NCBI GenBank assembly: GCA_965214835.1
Contig: CBDCCK010000002.1
Location: forward strand, 576,001-640,000
Origin: Nitrosopumilaceae archaeon
GTDB taxonomy: Archaea; Thermoproteota; Nitrososphaeria; Nitrososphaerales; Nitrosopumilaceae
Reading direction: 5' to 3'
DNA: 64,000 bases
Shown here: in pieces, positions 41,901-52,393 of the stretch
How positions within the stretch are numbered: the first letter of the stretch is position 1
How the letters are laid out: each line of letters starts with the position of its first letter
Position numbers and translations under genes: made by a program
Notes under the pieces: generated by a model
What the model saw: the letters and a program-made list of their open reading frames with translations, nothing else
Told to the model about the DNA's origin: nothing
Databases searched by the model: none

Positions 41901-42926
41901 CACGATTGAGCGCTCGTCGGTAAAGTCAAAGTCATAGTCTGGCAGGTCGGGCTCCCCATGGCGGGTATAGTCCTCCCAGGAGGTGGTAAGATCCGGGGTT
42001 ATGGTGTCATACAGGCCTGCGATGTTGGGGTCGGTGACCAGCACGGGGACGACCTGGATGCGCGGATATGCGCCGGACAGCGCCCCCTGGTACATCAGGC
42101 CCAGGTGGTATATGCCGCTCTTTGAGGCAAGATAGTCGCTGTAGCTCTTGCCTATCCTCATGTCCTCAGTCAGCGTGCCGTTGAAGACGGGTCCGTCGCC
42201 GGCAAGCGGGAAGAGCGAGTTGTATACCTGCAGGACGGTCCCGCCGCCGCCCTGCCTTATGTCCAAAAAGACGCCGTCTGTGGTGCGGTACACCTTGGAC
42301 GTTGCGTTCCCGGGTACGGGCTGGGTATAGTTTCGGATCGCGCCGTGCTGGTCAATATACGCATAAAACGTCGCGTTGGTTATCACGATGCCCTGGCCGT
42401 CCGCATCCAGCATTACGGGGTGGTTCCTCGAGTCGCGCGCAAGCGAGTCCCGCATGTCCGGATTGGAAAAGTCCACCCCCGTATCTACTACTGCTATCGT
42501 GATGCCACTTCCCGAATACCCAAAGTCGTCGCGCACGTCCTGGGCGCGCGTGATTTGGCCGATCCGGGAGGCGTCCTGCGCGTCAAAGTCCAGCATAAAG
42601 TCCTCGATTACGCGGTATCCCTGGCTTTGCAGGAGCGGCACAGACTGCCCGGACACCAGCATGACCGAGAAGAACCCGTTGGAGGAGCCGGCATGGTACA
42701 GCGCGGCGCCCGTGCCCGGCACCGCCGGGGGGCCGCCCGGTCCGAAGACCAGGACGCGCTTGAGTGCGGTCTGCTGCAGGGCCTCCGGGGGCACCTCGAA
42801 TATTCCCGTGGAGATCCCGGTGCTGCGCCCCTCCGGTAGCGGATCCTCAAAGAATGCGTGCGAGTGCGGGAGTGCCGCGCCGAGTAATCCAAGCAACAGC
42901 AGGGCGATTGCCGCTGTGGGCGCCAT
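38955..42926 (-). CDS. Membrane-anchored S8 (subtilisin-like) serine peptidase
   Basis: AVVDTGVD, GHGT, SAGNSG, GGTSMAAP; signal peptide and C-terminal TM. Confidence 0.93.
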   Translation of the reverse strand: MAPTAAIALLLLGLLGAALPHSHAFFEDPLPEGRSTGISTGIFEVPPEALQQTALKRVLVFGPGGPPAVPGTGAALYHAGSSNGFFSVMLVSGQSVPLLQSQGYRVIEDFMLDFDAQDASRIGQITRAQDVRDDFGYSGSGITIAVVDTGVDFSNPDMRDSLARDSRNHPVMLDADGQGIVITNATFYAYIDQHGAIRNYTQPVPGNATSKVYRTTDGVFLDIRQGGGGTVLQVYNSLFPLAGDGPVFNGTLTEDMRIGKSYSDYLASKSGIYHLGLMYQGALSGAYPRIQVVPVLVTDPNIAGLYDTITPDLTTSWEDYTRHGEPDLPDYDFDFTDERSIVLGSGNEFLVYDSDGDGRDDYSAGAIGAQVLDVYGIMTNKTATIDDDALAVNGTLLHPLDPDGNYFGVMTDFQGHGTSSAAVIASRGGTEYDIYNDTGKHAITGVAPDAKILPIKSLWFGDVVYSWLWAAGFDNDDVRWRFTGEPRAQIVSNSWGVSNFPIIGSAPGLDVVSLILGVLSTPNSLDDDFPGVLMVVSAGNSGHGYGTMAMPNSSPFGVSVGATTNNVFVGYGPFKGQPRFGNTTDHHGHVADFSSRGPGIIGDPKPDLMSIGAHGFTPSNVLRLEKNSASEPFSMFGGTSMAAPLVSGGAAILMQGLIENNMDYDPFLIKNILMSSATDLQNDPFTQGAGLLNVRDAVRYAEGQDVFLVHNDASFENIRSVLAAPLDELNSTALNLQRVSLPEKSFPMTSWFAGSLHPGGRATASFTVENPSDEEMRVSVGTRTLEMVQQTSHAGHTRPHLRDRILDDPGAYRPDYVPLSNVKNYTDLGSFYTDEVRIPPDSELMILSLSFPFGEFMNKTNDIYAEDLRISSLYVYDWTDKNNNTQATSDELSMVARGGSWGTVQELRVSEPAERFEGTPLVGIYPVPTRFSFWIGDTQSNATSMNYTLTSTFYGSTEWDPAWVAKDALSVPPGGSESLDVTVVVPPDAQTGVYSGFLTFESDGHSASVPVSYVVAEPVRGESSVRVGGTYSRDVMHGTGYVKGAFDMANRYMAGDWRHYYFDIQSPDINSASVEFFWEDRDTNLAVFAVDPGGRIIQTNVPSGVFGHFMSWPSLDWLGTSPFSQGGGFFPVKNKDDTSTVLHVPINQTGIHSFMVHSTLFAGNHTTEPISMLARFSNIGIQNPPPLIELDVPGTVLPQTAILPRISDDDLEGVRFLANSTELFVAGDGLDLGGLPDGIYVLNVTAWDSDGNRSTKHFTLVKDYAARPAAGGAPAAGSPDAAGSGGGPPDMLAVGIPVVAAVGTAVAVFIKLGGSVKRQGRAV

Positions 42927-42954
42927 AATAGTAGGCCCGGCGCGTACAATATAA

Positions 42955-43923
42955 CTATCTTCTTCTGGCCAGGATTGCCAGCTGCAGGGCCACTATGATT
43001 CCGATTGAGGAGACTATCGGGATGAGCAGGGAGTTCAGCTGGGTCGAGGCCTCCTCGATGTGGGTGACAGAGGTGGACATTGACGTTACGCTAGAGTCTA
43101 TGTTGCTGCTTGCCTTGTCCAGTATCACCCCAAAGTCGCCCACCTCAGACTTTAGGACCTCCAGCTCCTGCGAGGTCTCATCGAGGATCGCATTCAGGCG
43201 GGCGATCTCGTCGGATATTCCCCCCAGATCCTGGCTCAGGACCGAGGTGGCAACGGAGCCGTGGGACACGCTTCCCTGGTAGAACGATACCACGTGGAAC
43301 ACGTACGTCCCCTCCATGGTCGGGGTATAGTCTGCAAAGTACAGTCCGTTGTGCAGCGTAGTAAACGACGAGGAGAGGACGTCCAGCTGCCCGTTTGGGA
43401 GGTGTACATGGGACGTCTGCAGCAGCTCCTGCGGGCGGTTCTCCCCCACGAGCAGCCCGTCGCTGGTGGTCTGGACGAATATCCTGATCTGGCCGTTGAC
43501 TGCCGCAGTCTCCGGTGCGAACACCAGCGTCTCGACGTGCCGCTCTATTGGGACACCCGTCAGATCCGTAGTCGACGAGAACTTTACGTCGATTTTTTTT
43601 GACAGCCCGCCCTGCAGTGAGCTGATCAGCTCGACGGTATAGGTCCCGTACGGATAGTCTATCGACGCTGCAGGCCAAGTATGCAGCAGGTGCGAAAATG
43701 TCCCGTCGGGGTTTGTCTGGATCTGCCCGAAGATGGCAATCGTCTCATCGGGGCCGATTAGCCGGATTACCAGCGTCTCCTCGGGGAGGGCCGTGCCGTA
43801 GATGAACAGCGGCTGCCCGTCGGCATACACGGCATTGTCGGTAAAGGCGGCAAGCGACTCTGGATAGGCCGCAGGCAGGACGGCCGATAAGAGCGCCACG
43901 GCAGCTATGATGAGGGCTTTCAA
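42955..43923 (-). CDS. Secreted protein with coiled coil and C-terminal membrane anchor
   Basis: Signal peptide, heptad region, TM ending LARRR. Confidence 0.8.
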   Translation of the reverse strand: MKALIIAAVALLSAVLPAAYPESLAAFTDNAVYADGQPLFIYGTALPEETLVIRLIGPDETIAIFGQIQTNPDGTFSHLLHTWPAASIDYPYGTYTVELISSLQGGLSKKIDVKFSSTTDLTGVPIERHVETLVFAPETAAVNGQIRIFVQTTSDGLLVGENRPQELLQTSHVHLPNGQLDVLSSSFTTLHNGLYFADYTPTMEGTYVFHVVSFYQGSVSHGSVATSVLSQDLGGISDEIARLNAILDETSQELEVLKSEVGDFGVILDKASSNIDSSVTSMSTSVTHIEEASTQLNSLLIPIVSSIGIIVALQLAILARRR

Positions 43924-43977
43924 CGTGATTCTTATCCGATTAGCCCATAGATATCACTTCTGATGCAAGGTTCTGTG

Positions 43978-44479
43978 TGTGTCATATGAAAATTAGGTTC
44001 GTTAGGGGGTTGCCGCCTAATTCGCCAGAATCCCCGAAAACCGCTGAGATGCCATATGATCAGGCGTGCAAAAGGGCGGAAATTCAGAAAAACGTGCAGA
44101 TTGGGTCAAACAAGTGGAATTAGGCGACAACCCCGTTCGTTAGTCATTGATGTTTCCTCCATCCATTTTGGGTCGCTTTTCCTGATCGCGTCCGTGGCCT
44201 CTCTTGCCGAGAAGGCCTGCAGCGGCGTCTCACATCTGTCGATATCCAGCGAAGTGCAGCCTGCGTTCGTTATGGCACTCCACATACGCAGACAGGCCCT
44301 CACAGTGGTGTGTTTCCTTCTTTGGTACCATGAAGCCGCTCCAGCTTGCCGTTGGTCTCTGGGTGGTAGGGTCTGGAGTTTATCAGCCCGATGCCCCTAT
44401 CTAGCAGCTTGGCCTCAAAGGCCGTCGGCTTCCATGTCCCCTTACTAATGAGGGGCGGAACTAATTTTCATATGAAATA
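43978..44479 (-). mobile_element. IS481 remnant bounded by two inverted right-end copies
   Basis: tgtgtcatatgaaaattag and ctaattttcatatgaaata; AIRKSDPKWME matches the 37603 ORF. Confidence 0.75.
44006..44134. mobile_element. MITE family C (129 bp)
   Basis: TIR ggggttgccgcctaattc / gaattaggcgacaacccc; 9-bp TSD GTTCGTTAG. Confidence 0.93.
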
Positions 44480-44611
44480 TTCATGAACTTATGATTGGCA
44501 GCATGCTCATGGTTTGCGGTCTTGCCTCCAGTCTTGCCACAAATAGCATTCTCTGGCGACTAGGTTTTCATGTGTTCCGGCGGCCGGCCAGACGGGATTA
44601 GTCTTGGTATT

Positions 44612-44632
44612 GAGAATAAAAAGAAAAGGGGT
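44612..44632 (-). terminator. Oligo-T terminator of S-layer gene
   Basis: ccccttttctttttattct just after the stop codon. Confidence 0.5.
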
Positions 44633-44650
44633 TGTGTGTGGTTTCTAGTC

Positions 44651-47600
44651 TTAGTTGATAGTTATTGGTATCTCGAGGCTCGGTGAGAGCGGTGTAGGAT
44701 TGTTAAGCGACTCCCATACGAATACCTCGGCAGTGTAAACTCCCGGTGCATTCGGTGTCCATAACTGGGACGGCGTCATTGATTGGCCTGGGGCCAAATC
44801 GCCGCCGATCGATCCTAGTGAAACTACCGTGTTGTCTGCGTTTTTGACCTGTACGAGGTAGATGTATGGCTGCTCCTGATCCTGTCCGCTCTGCAGGTCG
44901 GCTACGACCTGTATCTGCGTGCCTACGGAGACGTCAGAAATGTCGCCTCCCGTGGCATCGGTAATCCTCAAGTTAGTAGCTGGTGCTCTTTCAAGAGGTG
45001 GTACGAGCGTGCCGATCAGCGTGGAGGCAGAAATGTTCTCGCTGTCTCCAGTGTCGTATGGTTCAGGTAGCGTGTGATCGTCATAGTACCCGGTGACTGT
45101 GTCGCCTTCTGAAATCCTGAGCCTGTGGCCGGATGACGCGTCGGTAAGGGTAAAGAATACCGTACCTTCGAATATTCCGGTCGCCTCGTTGGTTTCAGTT
45201 ACGGTTAGGTCAATGCCTCCAGCGTCCGAGTCTGACCTTACGTCAACGTCGAAGTTGTCGACTGACTCTGGGTTCAGGTTCATGTCTGGGTCTACGACCC
45301 GCAATACGCCTGATCCGCTTGCCGGATAGCTTGCCTCCAGCCAGGTCACCTCTCCGATGTTCCATCTGATCAGCGAAGAGCTGACCACGGTCTCGCCGTC
45401 GGAGAACTCAAATGACACCGAAATGCCGTCTGAATCCTCAGACTCCAGGAATCCATCGGTCGGGCCTAGGCCGTCCTCAATGGTTCCTGTGGCGTCGCCG
45501 GTTCTCGGGTCGGTGTCGTAGCCATTGGTTCCTGTTGATAGGTCACCGTCTGCATTGTAGTCAAAGCCTGTAAGGATTACCTCTCCGGTAAAGATGCCGG
45601 TATCGGTGCCGGTCTCAACCAGCTTGTAGTGGTCAAGATCATCGACTCCGGTGGCAATCCTGACTGGATCAAACGAGTTTTCGCCGATCTCGTCAATCAG
45701 GTCGCTGTCGTTGTTGTGATCAGGTGCGACTACGGTGATGTAGACCTTGTCGGTCCAGGTATAGACCTTCTGGTCAAGCTCCACAGTTGCGCCAAAGTTG
45801 GACGTAAATACGGTCAGGCTGATGTCCTCGTCCTCCTGTCCGACATAGTCGGCTCCGGACGGACCCCAATCGGTGTACTCTAGATCGATTTGCTCGCCTC
45901 TTTCAAGGCGGTCACCCTCTAGCTCTTCAGGGGTCTCGACGACAACCTGGAATATTCCAGAGCTGTCACCGGTCTCCCTAAAGGCGTTCGGTTCAGGATC
46001 AAATGCTGCTGCTATCTCAGAACTAATTGCATCACCCATGGTAACGGTTGCCGCCGCAGAGTCCCATTCCAGGATGTCTAGGTCATAGGTCTCTGCTGCG
46101 TCGTTGTCAAGATCCCAGTCCGGTTCGATGATAGTCAGGATCATGTCGCTGCCTATGATATAGACGGACTTGTCTGACTGGAGCACGCCGTTTCTGAGAT
46201 CGAATGTCGCCGAGTCTGTAATGGTGTTTGGATCACCTGATGCGTCGGTCGGATCGGTGTACTGTACGGTGAGGATATCACCCTGCAGGACACATCCGAT
46301 TGTACCGCTCGGGCAATCGTTGCCTTTCGGACCGTCGTCGAATCCTATGACAAAGTCAAGCTCAAAGACTCCCGAACCCGGTGCGGTCTCTAGGATGGCA
46401 CCCAGGTTTTTGGTCGCGTGTACCTTATCTTCATTTAGTGTGAAGAAGGTAGGTCTGTTGTCTTCAGAGCCGCCTGCGTATGCAAGTACTACGTCATCAC
46501 CGCCTCTTGAGACAGTGATCTTTATAGGACCTACAGGAACTTGTGTGGCAACCCTCTCATTGTCTGCGTTGATATGTGTGATGAGTTCCGCTTCAGCATC
46601 ATACTGGTCAACAGAATCAACATCTTGTTCTATTTTGTCTTCACCGGCAGCTGAGACGTCAAAGTCTGGGTCAGATACCCTTACGTGTATCGTAAGATCA
46701 CCTTTGCCCAGCGTCTCCTCAGGTATATTTACGTTGCCGTCAATGGCCGTTGCGTGCAGTGGGAATATTGAGCCATCGTTGTCGAACTGCATTCCCCACG
46801 GAACCGGATAGACCGTCCTGTCAAGGCTTACAGTACCTGTGTTGGCTCTGATGCCTGCCGAATCACCGACTTCGATGATTTCGCCAGATGCGTCCCTAAA
46901 GTCAACATAGTTGACCTCAATGTCGGTACCGGTTACGGATTGCCAGCCTGTATTATCGTCGCCTGTTCTTGCACAGTATTCGGCCGGGATCTGGAAGTCG
47001 CCGACGAAGGTGCCGGAATCTACTCCGGTCTCAATCATACGAATTCCTGTTGCGCCCAGACCGTCATGTATGCCGTCAAGACGCAGATCCAAGTCACAGG
47101 TGTCGTCACCGGCTTGTGAGTGAAGCCACTGTTGGTCATCAAACGTGATGTCCAGCAGCCTTCCAAGCGGACCGAATGAGTAATTTGATGGGAGGCCTGG
47201 TGCGCCTACCATGTCAAATGCCTCATCACCCTCTTGCGTGACAACCGTAAAGATGTCTAGAAGACCGCTGTCCACGTTCAGGTCAGCGTCGTCAAGCGTG
47301 ATTCTTACGGTGTCTGCAACCTTGTAGGTGTCCGCGTCAAGTGACACGACTCCCGAGTGTGATGGTGCCGCTTGCTGGTTTCCGACTGGCGTCACAACGC
47401 CGTCTGCTCCACGGTCATCATAGTTGATCCTTGGCGAGTCCTCGTCTGTGAGATCCTCGATTACGATGAAGGTTGGTCCATCGGAATCTGGGGTTATCTC
47501 GTACGTTGATGCATCAAGGATGTTGAGCTGGTTGACCATGACGTACTCTAGCGTACCCACAAAGGTAGCAGAGTTGTCAGCGTCCTCTTCAAGCTCGAAT

Positions 47601-49624
47601 CGGACTATCTGGTTGGCGACCCTCTCGGATCCCTCGTCTCCGTCATCCGTGAATCCGAATGACATGAAGTCGGTAACTATTGGATACTTGCCTTCCCCTA
47701 TCTTAGCTGCATTCCAAGTGTACAGTATGCCTATTGGACTGTCATCGCCAATAGCGTTGGAATCAAACAAGGGATCATCCAAGTTTTCATAGCTCAGGTT
47801 TACTAAACCAGAGCTGCTGCCTGATGCGATCAATGGTATGTTACTGTCATGTATACCGGCAATCCTATCTGTTATACTCACCAATTCTACGTTTGTAATG
47901 TCTTGATCAAGGGAATCAACATTGTAGTTAAACAGGTTGTATCCCTTGAAAGCATCTAGTACGTTCCTGTCTGCGCTGGGTTCCTGGATTGTTTTGCGTA
48001 GGTCTGCCATGGTGGCATCCAAGTCAATCAGCAGTCCAGTAGTGTCTGACGGTGTTGTCTCTGAGCTAATTGATACAATTGCCCTGTCGCTGAATTTTTG
48101 AACCTCAACGTCTGCTCTGCCCTCTTGATTATTTCCGATCAAGAATGCAGTAGGTTTGTCACCGGAGCCCAGTGTGAACGGGTTTCCGGTTCTAAGGCTT
48201 GGGATCAGTGCAGTATCCGAACTGGATATGGCCAGATCCTCGTCTGCCCTGCTGTTCTTGTTTGCATCGCCGTCAGTCAGCACTACCGGAATCTCCTCAC
48301 CGGAGCTCCAGTCCTCGTTGACCGGCTGGATGTCGATTGTGGCAGGGCTAAAGCCCACAAGGATCGACTGTGCATCGTCGTTATAGTCGACAGTGGCAGA
48401 GTTGCCCCTGCCTGCGTCGTCGAGAATTGCAAGAAGTGAAGTGTCTGATTCGTCATACGTACTGAACACTCCGCTGTTGGAGCTCAGCTCGGTAAGTGTT
48501 ACCGGTTGTTCAAGTCCGGGAACCACTGCCAAGGCATCGTCGTTTTTTTGAAATTCTATGATCTTTCTGTCCGCGCCCTGTGCGCTAATATCTAGCAGAA
48601 AGATCGCAAACTCCTGCATGAGGTCGTGGTCAGAAGTTATTGGATTGATGAGCAATGTGTCACTAGTGGCATTAATGCCGTTAGGACTGTTAGCGTTGCC
48701 TTCTCCAAAGACGTCATAGTATGTGTCTCCTTTGTTATCACCGGTGGTCTCCCAAGTCCACGAGTCCTCGTCCGTTGGGTCGATGTTCAACCATGTATCG
48801 GTGACTGTTACGTGAACCTGTGATCCTTGCGGATAAACTGGCCTGTCCAGCTCTAGGCCGGCAAAACCGTCAACGGTATCAAAGGTAAATGTTGCCGATT
48901 GGGTTCCACCACCTTTGTTATAGTCGACGACAATGCTACCGCCCCCCGTGAAGGTATAGAGCTGAATGAAGGGCCACAGATTGGTATCCAAGTGGATTTG
49001 GCCAGGTCCGTTTGCGCTGCTATGCTCGTTGATTGTCTTTGCCTGTCTAATTACGTTGTTGGTCTCGGTAGCGGCGTCAACCGCAGCATTAGTTGCAACA
49101 CAGTTAGCTAGGCTATCTAGGTTATCCAAGTCATCGGTACCCTCACTGCCTAGGACTATCGGTATTGCGATGCCGTCGGTGTCGGTTACCAGAGCTGTTT
49201 GTTTATCGTCTGACAAGACTGTAGTGGTAGAACTACAGAATGAACCATAGTTCAATCCTTTTTTTGCGTTTTGATCTTGTACTGTGTAGTCAGCCGTATA
49301 TGCATGCTCTAGGCTTGCAAAGTATGCGTACCACCTGCCGTCGCTGCCCTGAGTCATCAGAAGATCTTTGCCGTTTATCTCGACATTAGGATCACCTACT
49401 GACTCGTCGGTATCTGAGATGCCGGGATCATCGACTACGACCTCGATTACCTGAGGTCCTGCGATGTAGTTTTCAAACTGCGAGTTTTCTGCGGAGACAA
49501 ACAGGTTTGCGTTGGCGGCCTCGGCAGCCGGCATTACGCCGGGGATGCCAAAGGTTACCCCGCCTGCAACCATGATTGTCATTAGTGTAAGACTAGTTAT
49601 TTTTCGTGTTATTTCGTTGTTCAT
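44651..49624 (-). CDS. slaA: Thaumarchaeal S-layer glycoprotein
   Basis: MNNEITRKITSLTLMTIM..ANANLFVSAENS N-terminus, ETGxDTGIF repeats, acidic, C-terminal FVWESL. Confidence 0.88.
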   Translation of the reverse strand: MNNEITRKITSLTLMTIMVAGGVTFGIPGVMPAAEAANANLFVSAENSQFENYIAGPQVIEVVVDDPGISDTDESVGDPNVEINGKDLLMTQGSDGRWYAYFASLEHAYTADYTVQDQNAKKGLNYGSFCSSTTTVLSDDKQTALVTDTDGIAIPIVLGSEGTDDLDNLDSLANCVATNAAVDAATETNNVIRQAKTINEHSSANGPGQIHLDTNLWPFIQLYTFTGGGSIVVDYNKGGGTQSATFTFDTVDGFAGLELDRPVYPQGSQVHVTVTDTWLNIDPTDEDSWTWETTGDNKGDTYYDVFGEGNANSPNGINATSDTLLINPITSDHDLMQEFAIFLLDISAQGADRKIIEFQKNDDALAVVPGLEQPVTLTELSSNSGVFSTYDESDTSLLAILDDAGRGNSATVDYNDDAQSILVGFSPATIDIQPVNEDWSSGEEIPVVLTDGDANKNSRADEDLAISSSDTALIPSLRTGNPFTLGSGDKPTAFLIGNNQEGRADVEVQKFSDRAIVSISSETTPSDTTGLLIDLDATMADLRKTIQEPSADRNVLDAFKGYNLFNYNVDSLDQDITNVELVSITDRIAGIHDSNIPLIASGSSSGLVNLSYENLDDPLFDSNAIGDDSPIGILYTWNAAKIGEGKYPIVTDFMSFGFTDDGDEGSERVANQIVRFELEEDADNSATFVGTLEYVMVNQLNILDASTYEITPDSDGPTFIVIEDLTDEDSPRINYDDRGADGVVTPVGNQQAAPSHSGVVSLDADTYKVADTVRITLDDADLNVDSGLLDIFTVVTQEGDEAFDMVGAPGLPSNYSFGPLGRLLDITFDDQQWLHSQAGDDTCDLDLRLDGIHDGLGATGIRMIETGVDSGTFVGDFQIPAEYCARTGDDNTGWQSVTGTDIEVNYVDFRDASGEIIEVGDSAGIRANTGTVSLDRTVYPVPWGMQFDNDGSIFPLHATAIDGNVNIPEETLGKGDLTIHVRVSDPDFDVSAAGEDKIEQDVDSVDQYDAEAELITHINADNERVATQVPVGPIKITVSRGGDDVVLAYAGGSEDNRPTFFTLNEDKVHATKNLGAILETAPGSGVFELDFVIGFDDGPKGNDCPSGTIGCVLQGDILTVQYTDPTDASGDPNTITDSATFDLRNGVLQSDKSVYIIGSDMILTIIEPDWDLDNDAAETYDLDILEWDSAAATVTMGDAISSEIAAAFDPEPNAFRETGDSSGIFQVVVETPEELEGDRLERGEQIDLEYTDWGPSGADYVGQEDEDISLTVFTSNFGATVELDQKVYTWTDKVYITVVAPDHNNDSDLIDEIGENSFDPVRIATGVDDLDHYKLVETGTDTGIFTGEVILTGFDYNADGDLSTGTNGYDTDPRTGDATGTIEDGLGPTDGFLESEDSDGISVSFEFSDGETVVSSSLIRWNIGEVTWLEASYPASGSGVLRVVDPDMNLNPESVDNFDVDVRSDSDAGGIDLTVTETNEATGIFEGTVFFTLTDASSGHRLRISEGDTVTGYYDDHTLPEPYDTGDSENISASTLIGTLVPPLERAPATNLRITDATGGDISDVSVGTQIQVVADLQSGQDQEQPYIYLVQVKNADNTVVSLGSIGGDLAPGQSMTPSQLWTPNAPGVYTAEVFVWESLNNPTPLSPSLEIPITIN

Positions 49625-49865
49625 GTTATTGAGATTTTTTCTCGGAAATTGCTATTTAAGCCTAATGGACGATTTGTCCACAATCCGCAGGATTTATACG
49701 GATCTTGCAGGCGTGCACTGGTTTTGATCCAATTTCTAGATCGGGGGTTATAATTTTTGCAATTCACGCGCACAGGATCCAAGGAGCCGGGGGCGGCGCC
49801 CGGCCGAAGTGGACGGTGGGCGTCAATAGGATGGCCCCCGCCTAGGCCAGCAATCAGGCGCACAC

Positions 49866-49947
49866 TTGCCTGCAGTCGTGATTTTCATGCCTGGCCGACC
49901 AAGGGAGCATGGCTTTAACTCCGGCTAGGGGGTTGCCATCCTGCTAC
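49866..49947 (+). mobile_element. Degenerate right end of the IS66 type at 23384..25181
   Basis: gcctgcagt.gtgattttcatgcctg...ctttaactc matches 25105..25181. Confidence 0.6.
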
Positions 49948-49962
49948 AGGCAGACAATAGAA

Positions 49963-50073
49963 GTAACAGCTCGGGCTCTGGAAGTTCAGGCATGAATTTT
50001 ACCGCCAAAGGGATCTTCGCAGATGTAATTCGCTCCTAAAATCGTAAATCACTTCCAGAGCCCGAGCTGTTAC
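49963..50073. mobile_element. MITE family A (111 bp)
   Basis: Perfect TIRs; 8-bp TSD CAATAGAA. Confidence 0.95.
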
Positions 50074-50115
50074 CAATAGAAACCAAAATAATCAGCGACA
50101 TGCAAGGCAAGTACC

Positions 50116-50994
50116 ATGAGGGTCTTTCTCACGGGCGGCGCAGGATTCATCGGACTGCACCTTGCCCACCGTCTGCTAAGGCAGCACAGCATCAGGATTT
50201 ACGACGACCTCTCACACAGTCCCAGTAAGAGGATGGCAGACATGGTATCCAGGGAGATCGACTTTGTAAGGGGCGACATCCTCAGCTACCGGGGACTGGT
50301 AGAGTCCAGCAGGGGATTTGATGCGGTAATCCACCTGGCAGCAAGGTCAGACGTCGGCGAATCGATCCTGAACCCGGAGGAGACCGAGCTGGTCAACGTA
50401 CAGGGGACGCGCAACGTGGTGGGGGCCTGCCGCGCAAACGGGATTGACAGGATAGTGTTTGCCTCATCTGCCGCAGTGTACGGGGACTCTGGCCGGACCC
50501 CGGTGACAGAAGGGTCAGCCGTCAACCCGATATCGCCGTACGGCAGAACCAAGCTCGATGGGGAGGGCATCATAAGGCAGATCAAAAACAACGTCGTCCT
50601 GAGGCTGTTCAACGTCTACGGCAAGAAAGGCAAGCACAACACCGCGGTCTCAAGCTTTGCCGATGCGGCAGAAAGCGGCAGGAACCTTGTCATCTACGGT
50701 GACGGGGAGCAGGTCAGGGACTTTGTCCACGTAAGCGATGCAGCAGGCGCATTCGTGCACGCACTGGGGATGGATGGGGAGAGGACATTCAACGTTGCAA
50801 GCGGCATCCCGGTATCAATCAATGAGCTGGCAGATCTGATCATCTCAAAGTCAGCGACGGGATGCAAAAAGACTCACAAGGGTGCAAGGGAGGGTGAGAT
50901 AAGGTACAGCGTTGCAAGCATAAAGGCGATACGGGATGCGGGCTATGCTCCGGGTGTAACCCTGGATGAGGGGCTTGCAGGCATTCTGGGGTGA
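50116..50994 (+). CDS. NAD-dependent epimerase/dehydratase (GalE-like)
   Basis: TGGAGFIG, SSAAVYG, YGRTK, RDFVHV. Confidence 0.92.
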   Translation: MRVFLTGGAGFIGLHLAHRLLRQHSIRIYDDLSHSPSKRMADMVSREIDFVRGDILSYRGLVESSRGFDAVIHLAARSDVGESILNPEETELVNVQGTRNVVGACRANGIDRIVFASSAAVYGDSGRTPVTEGSAVNPISPYGRTKLDGEGIIRQIKNNVVLRLFNVYGKKGKHNTAVSSFADAAESGRNLVIYGDGEQVRDFVHVSDAAGAFVHALGMDGERTFNVASGIPVSINELADLIISKSATGCKKTHKGAREGEIRYSVASIKAIRDAGYAPGVTLDEGLAGILG

Positions 50995-51367
50995 GCCGCC
51001 TGGCGCATCATGCAGCAAAACGCAGTAAGGCCCCAGCCGATCCGCCAAAGGGCCGCAAAGACGCAGGATTTCCCAAGTGAAACGCGCCGAAAAATCGGGC
51101 AAAAGCAAAGGCCGGCAGAAAAACACGACGCCTCAAATCATGCCCGGTGGCATGGCACGGCAGTGGCCCCACCCACGCTTCACAGCCGAGCCCCCGGGAC
51201 GGGCGGTCCGGTTACATGCCAGCCTGAGCAGAGCATGCCGGCTCGAGAGGATCCACAAGGGTCAGGGGAGGATCTCAGTCGAGGGGCTGCCCGAGATCTT
51301 TCCGCCGATGGTGTGCATGACTGATGCCTCCGAGCAGCACGTAAGCCGGCCCAAGAGGAGAGGGGGT

Positions 51368-52181
51368 CTACTGTACGAAAATTAGGCCGCACTGGTTTGA
51401 GGGGGGTTGCAAAGGACTACTTGGCTTTACCGATCAAGAAAACCGAATGGCTGCAGGGCTCAAGGCAAAGCAGATCAGATACACAGTGTGCCTAGGAACG
51501 AGGGCCCTCGTAGGTGGCCACTGAGATAGGTGTCACAAAAAGGCACGTCCAGCGGATGTACGCCCGATTCGGGAAGACAGGCGGCACGCACCACGTGCCG
51601 CTCAGGCCGGGAAGAAAAAGGAGCGCCCCGGTTCCCGACGGGACCGTGCGCGCCGTCCTAGAAGAGCACAAGCACGGCGCAGCAGGCGTGATTCATACGG
51701 CCGAGAGGCTGCAAAGGCAACACGATACTAGCTATTACGGGGCATGCAGGATGATGAGCACGGGCTGGTGACGCCGTCGCCTGCAAAGTCACAACCTAGA
51801 AGATACGTCCGCTTAGCGCAAGTACTCCAACGCCATGTGGCATGTGGACTGGCACGCCATGAAGGATCCGCGCTTTGCGGGGCTAAACCTAGTCACGTTC
51901 CTGGACGACTCGTCCAGGTGCGTGACCGGTGCGGGCCTGTTCAGGGAGGCCGCCTCGGAGAACGTCGTGGCGGTCCTGCGGCAGGCCGTGGCCCGGTTCG
52001 GCGCGCCTGCCACAATCCTCTCAGACAACGGCAGGTGCTTTATCGGGGCGCGCTCGAGCTCGAAGAAGAAGAGCCCGCCCAAAGGCGGGTGGAGGCCCAC
52101 TGCCTTTGAGGAGCTGCTCGACTGCGGAATCGAGCTGATAAACTCTAGGCCGCATCACCCGCAGACCAACGGCAAGCGGAG
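51368..52181 (+). pseudogene. Degraded IS481-family element (left end plus broken transposase)
   Basis: tgtacgaaaattag end; HTH and WHVD/DDSSR/SDNG/HPQTNGK pieces in shifted frames. Confidence 0.82.
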
Positions 52182-52282
52182 CGGCTCCACGGCTCCCAGG
52201 CGATGAGATCCCGCCAAATTCGGGCCTCATCAAGATGTTCGCTCTATGTGGATGCGTCTGTTTAAAATTGTTTTGGATTGCA
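52182..52282. repeat. Hairpin-containing dispersed repeat (family G), copy 1
   Basis: About 95-bp similarity to 55270..55370. Confidence 0.7.
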
Positions 52283-52393
52283 CAGCTAAGTGAAAAGTAC
52301 CATGAAATCGAGCAAAAACAGAAACCGGGCATGCGGCACGACGCCTCAACGGCAAGGCAAAACAACAAATCTCATTTACATTTCACTTAGCTG
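52283..52393. mobile_element. MITE family E (111 bp, CAG ends; ISH3-like)
   Basis: TIR cagctaagtgaaa / tttcacttagctg; 5-bp TSD TTGCA. Confidence 0.92.

Noticed and set aside
38793-49727. Many antisense and alternate-frame ORFs over the peptidase and S-layer genes
   Set aside because: Shadow ORFs expected from GC-rich codon bias; no recognisable motifs
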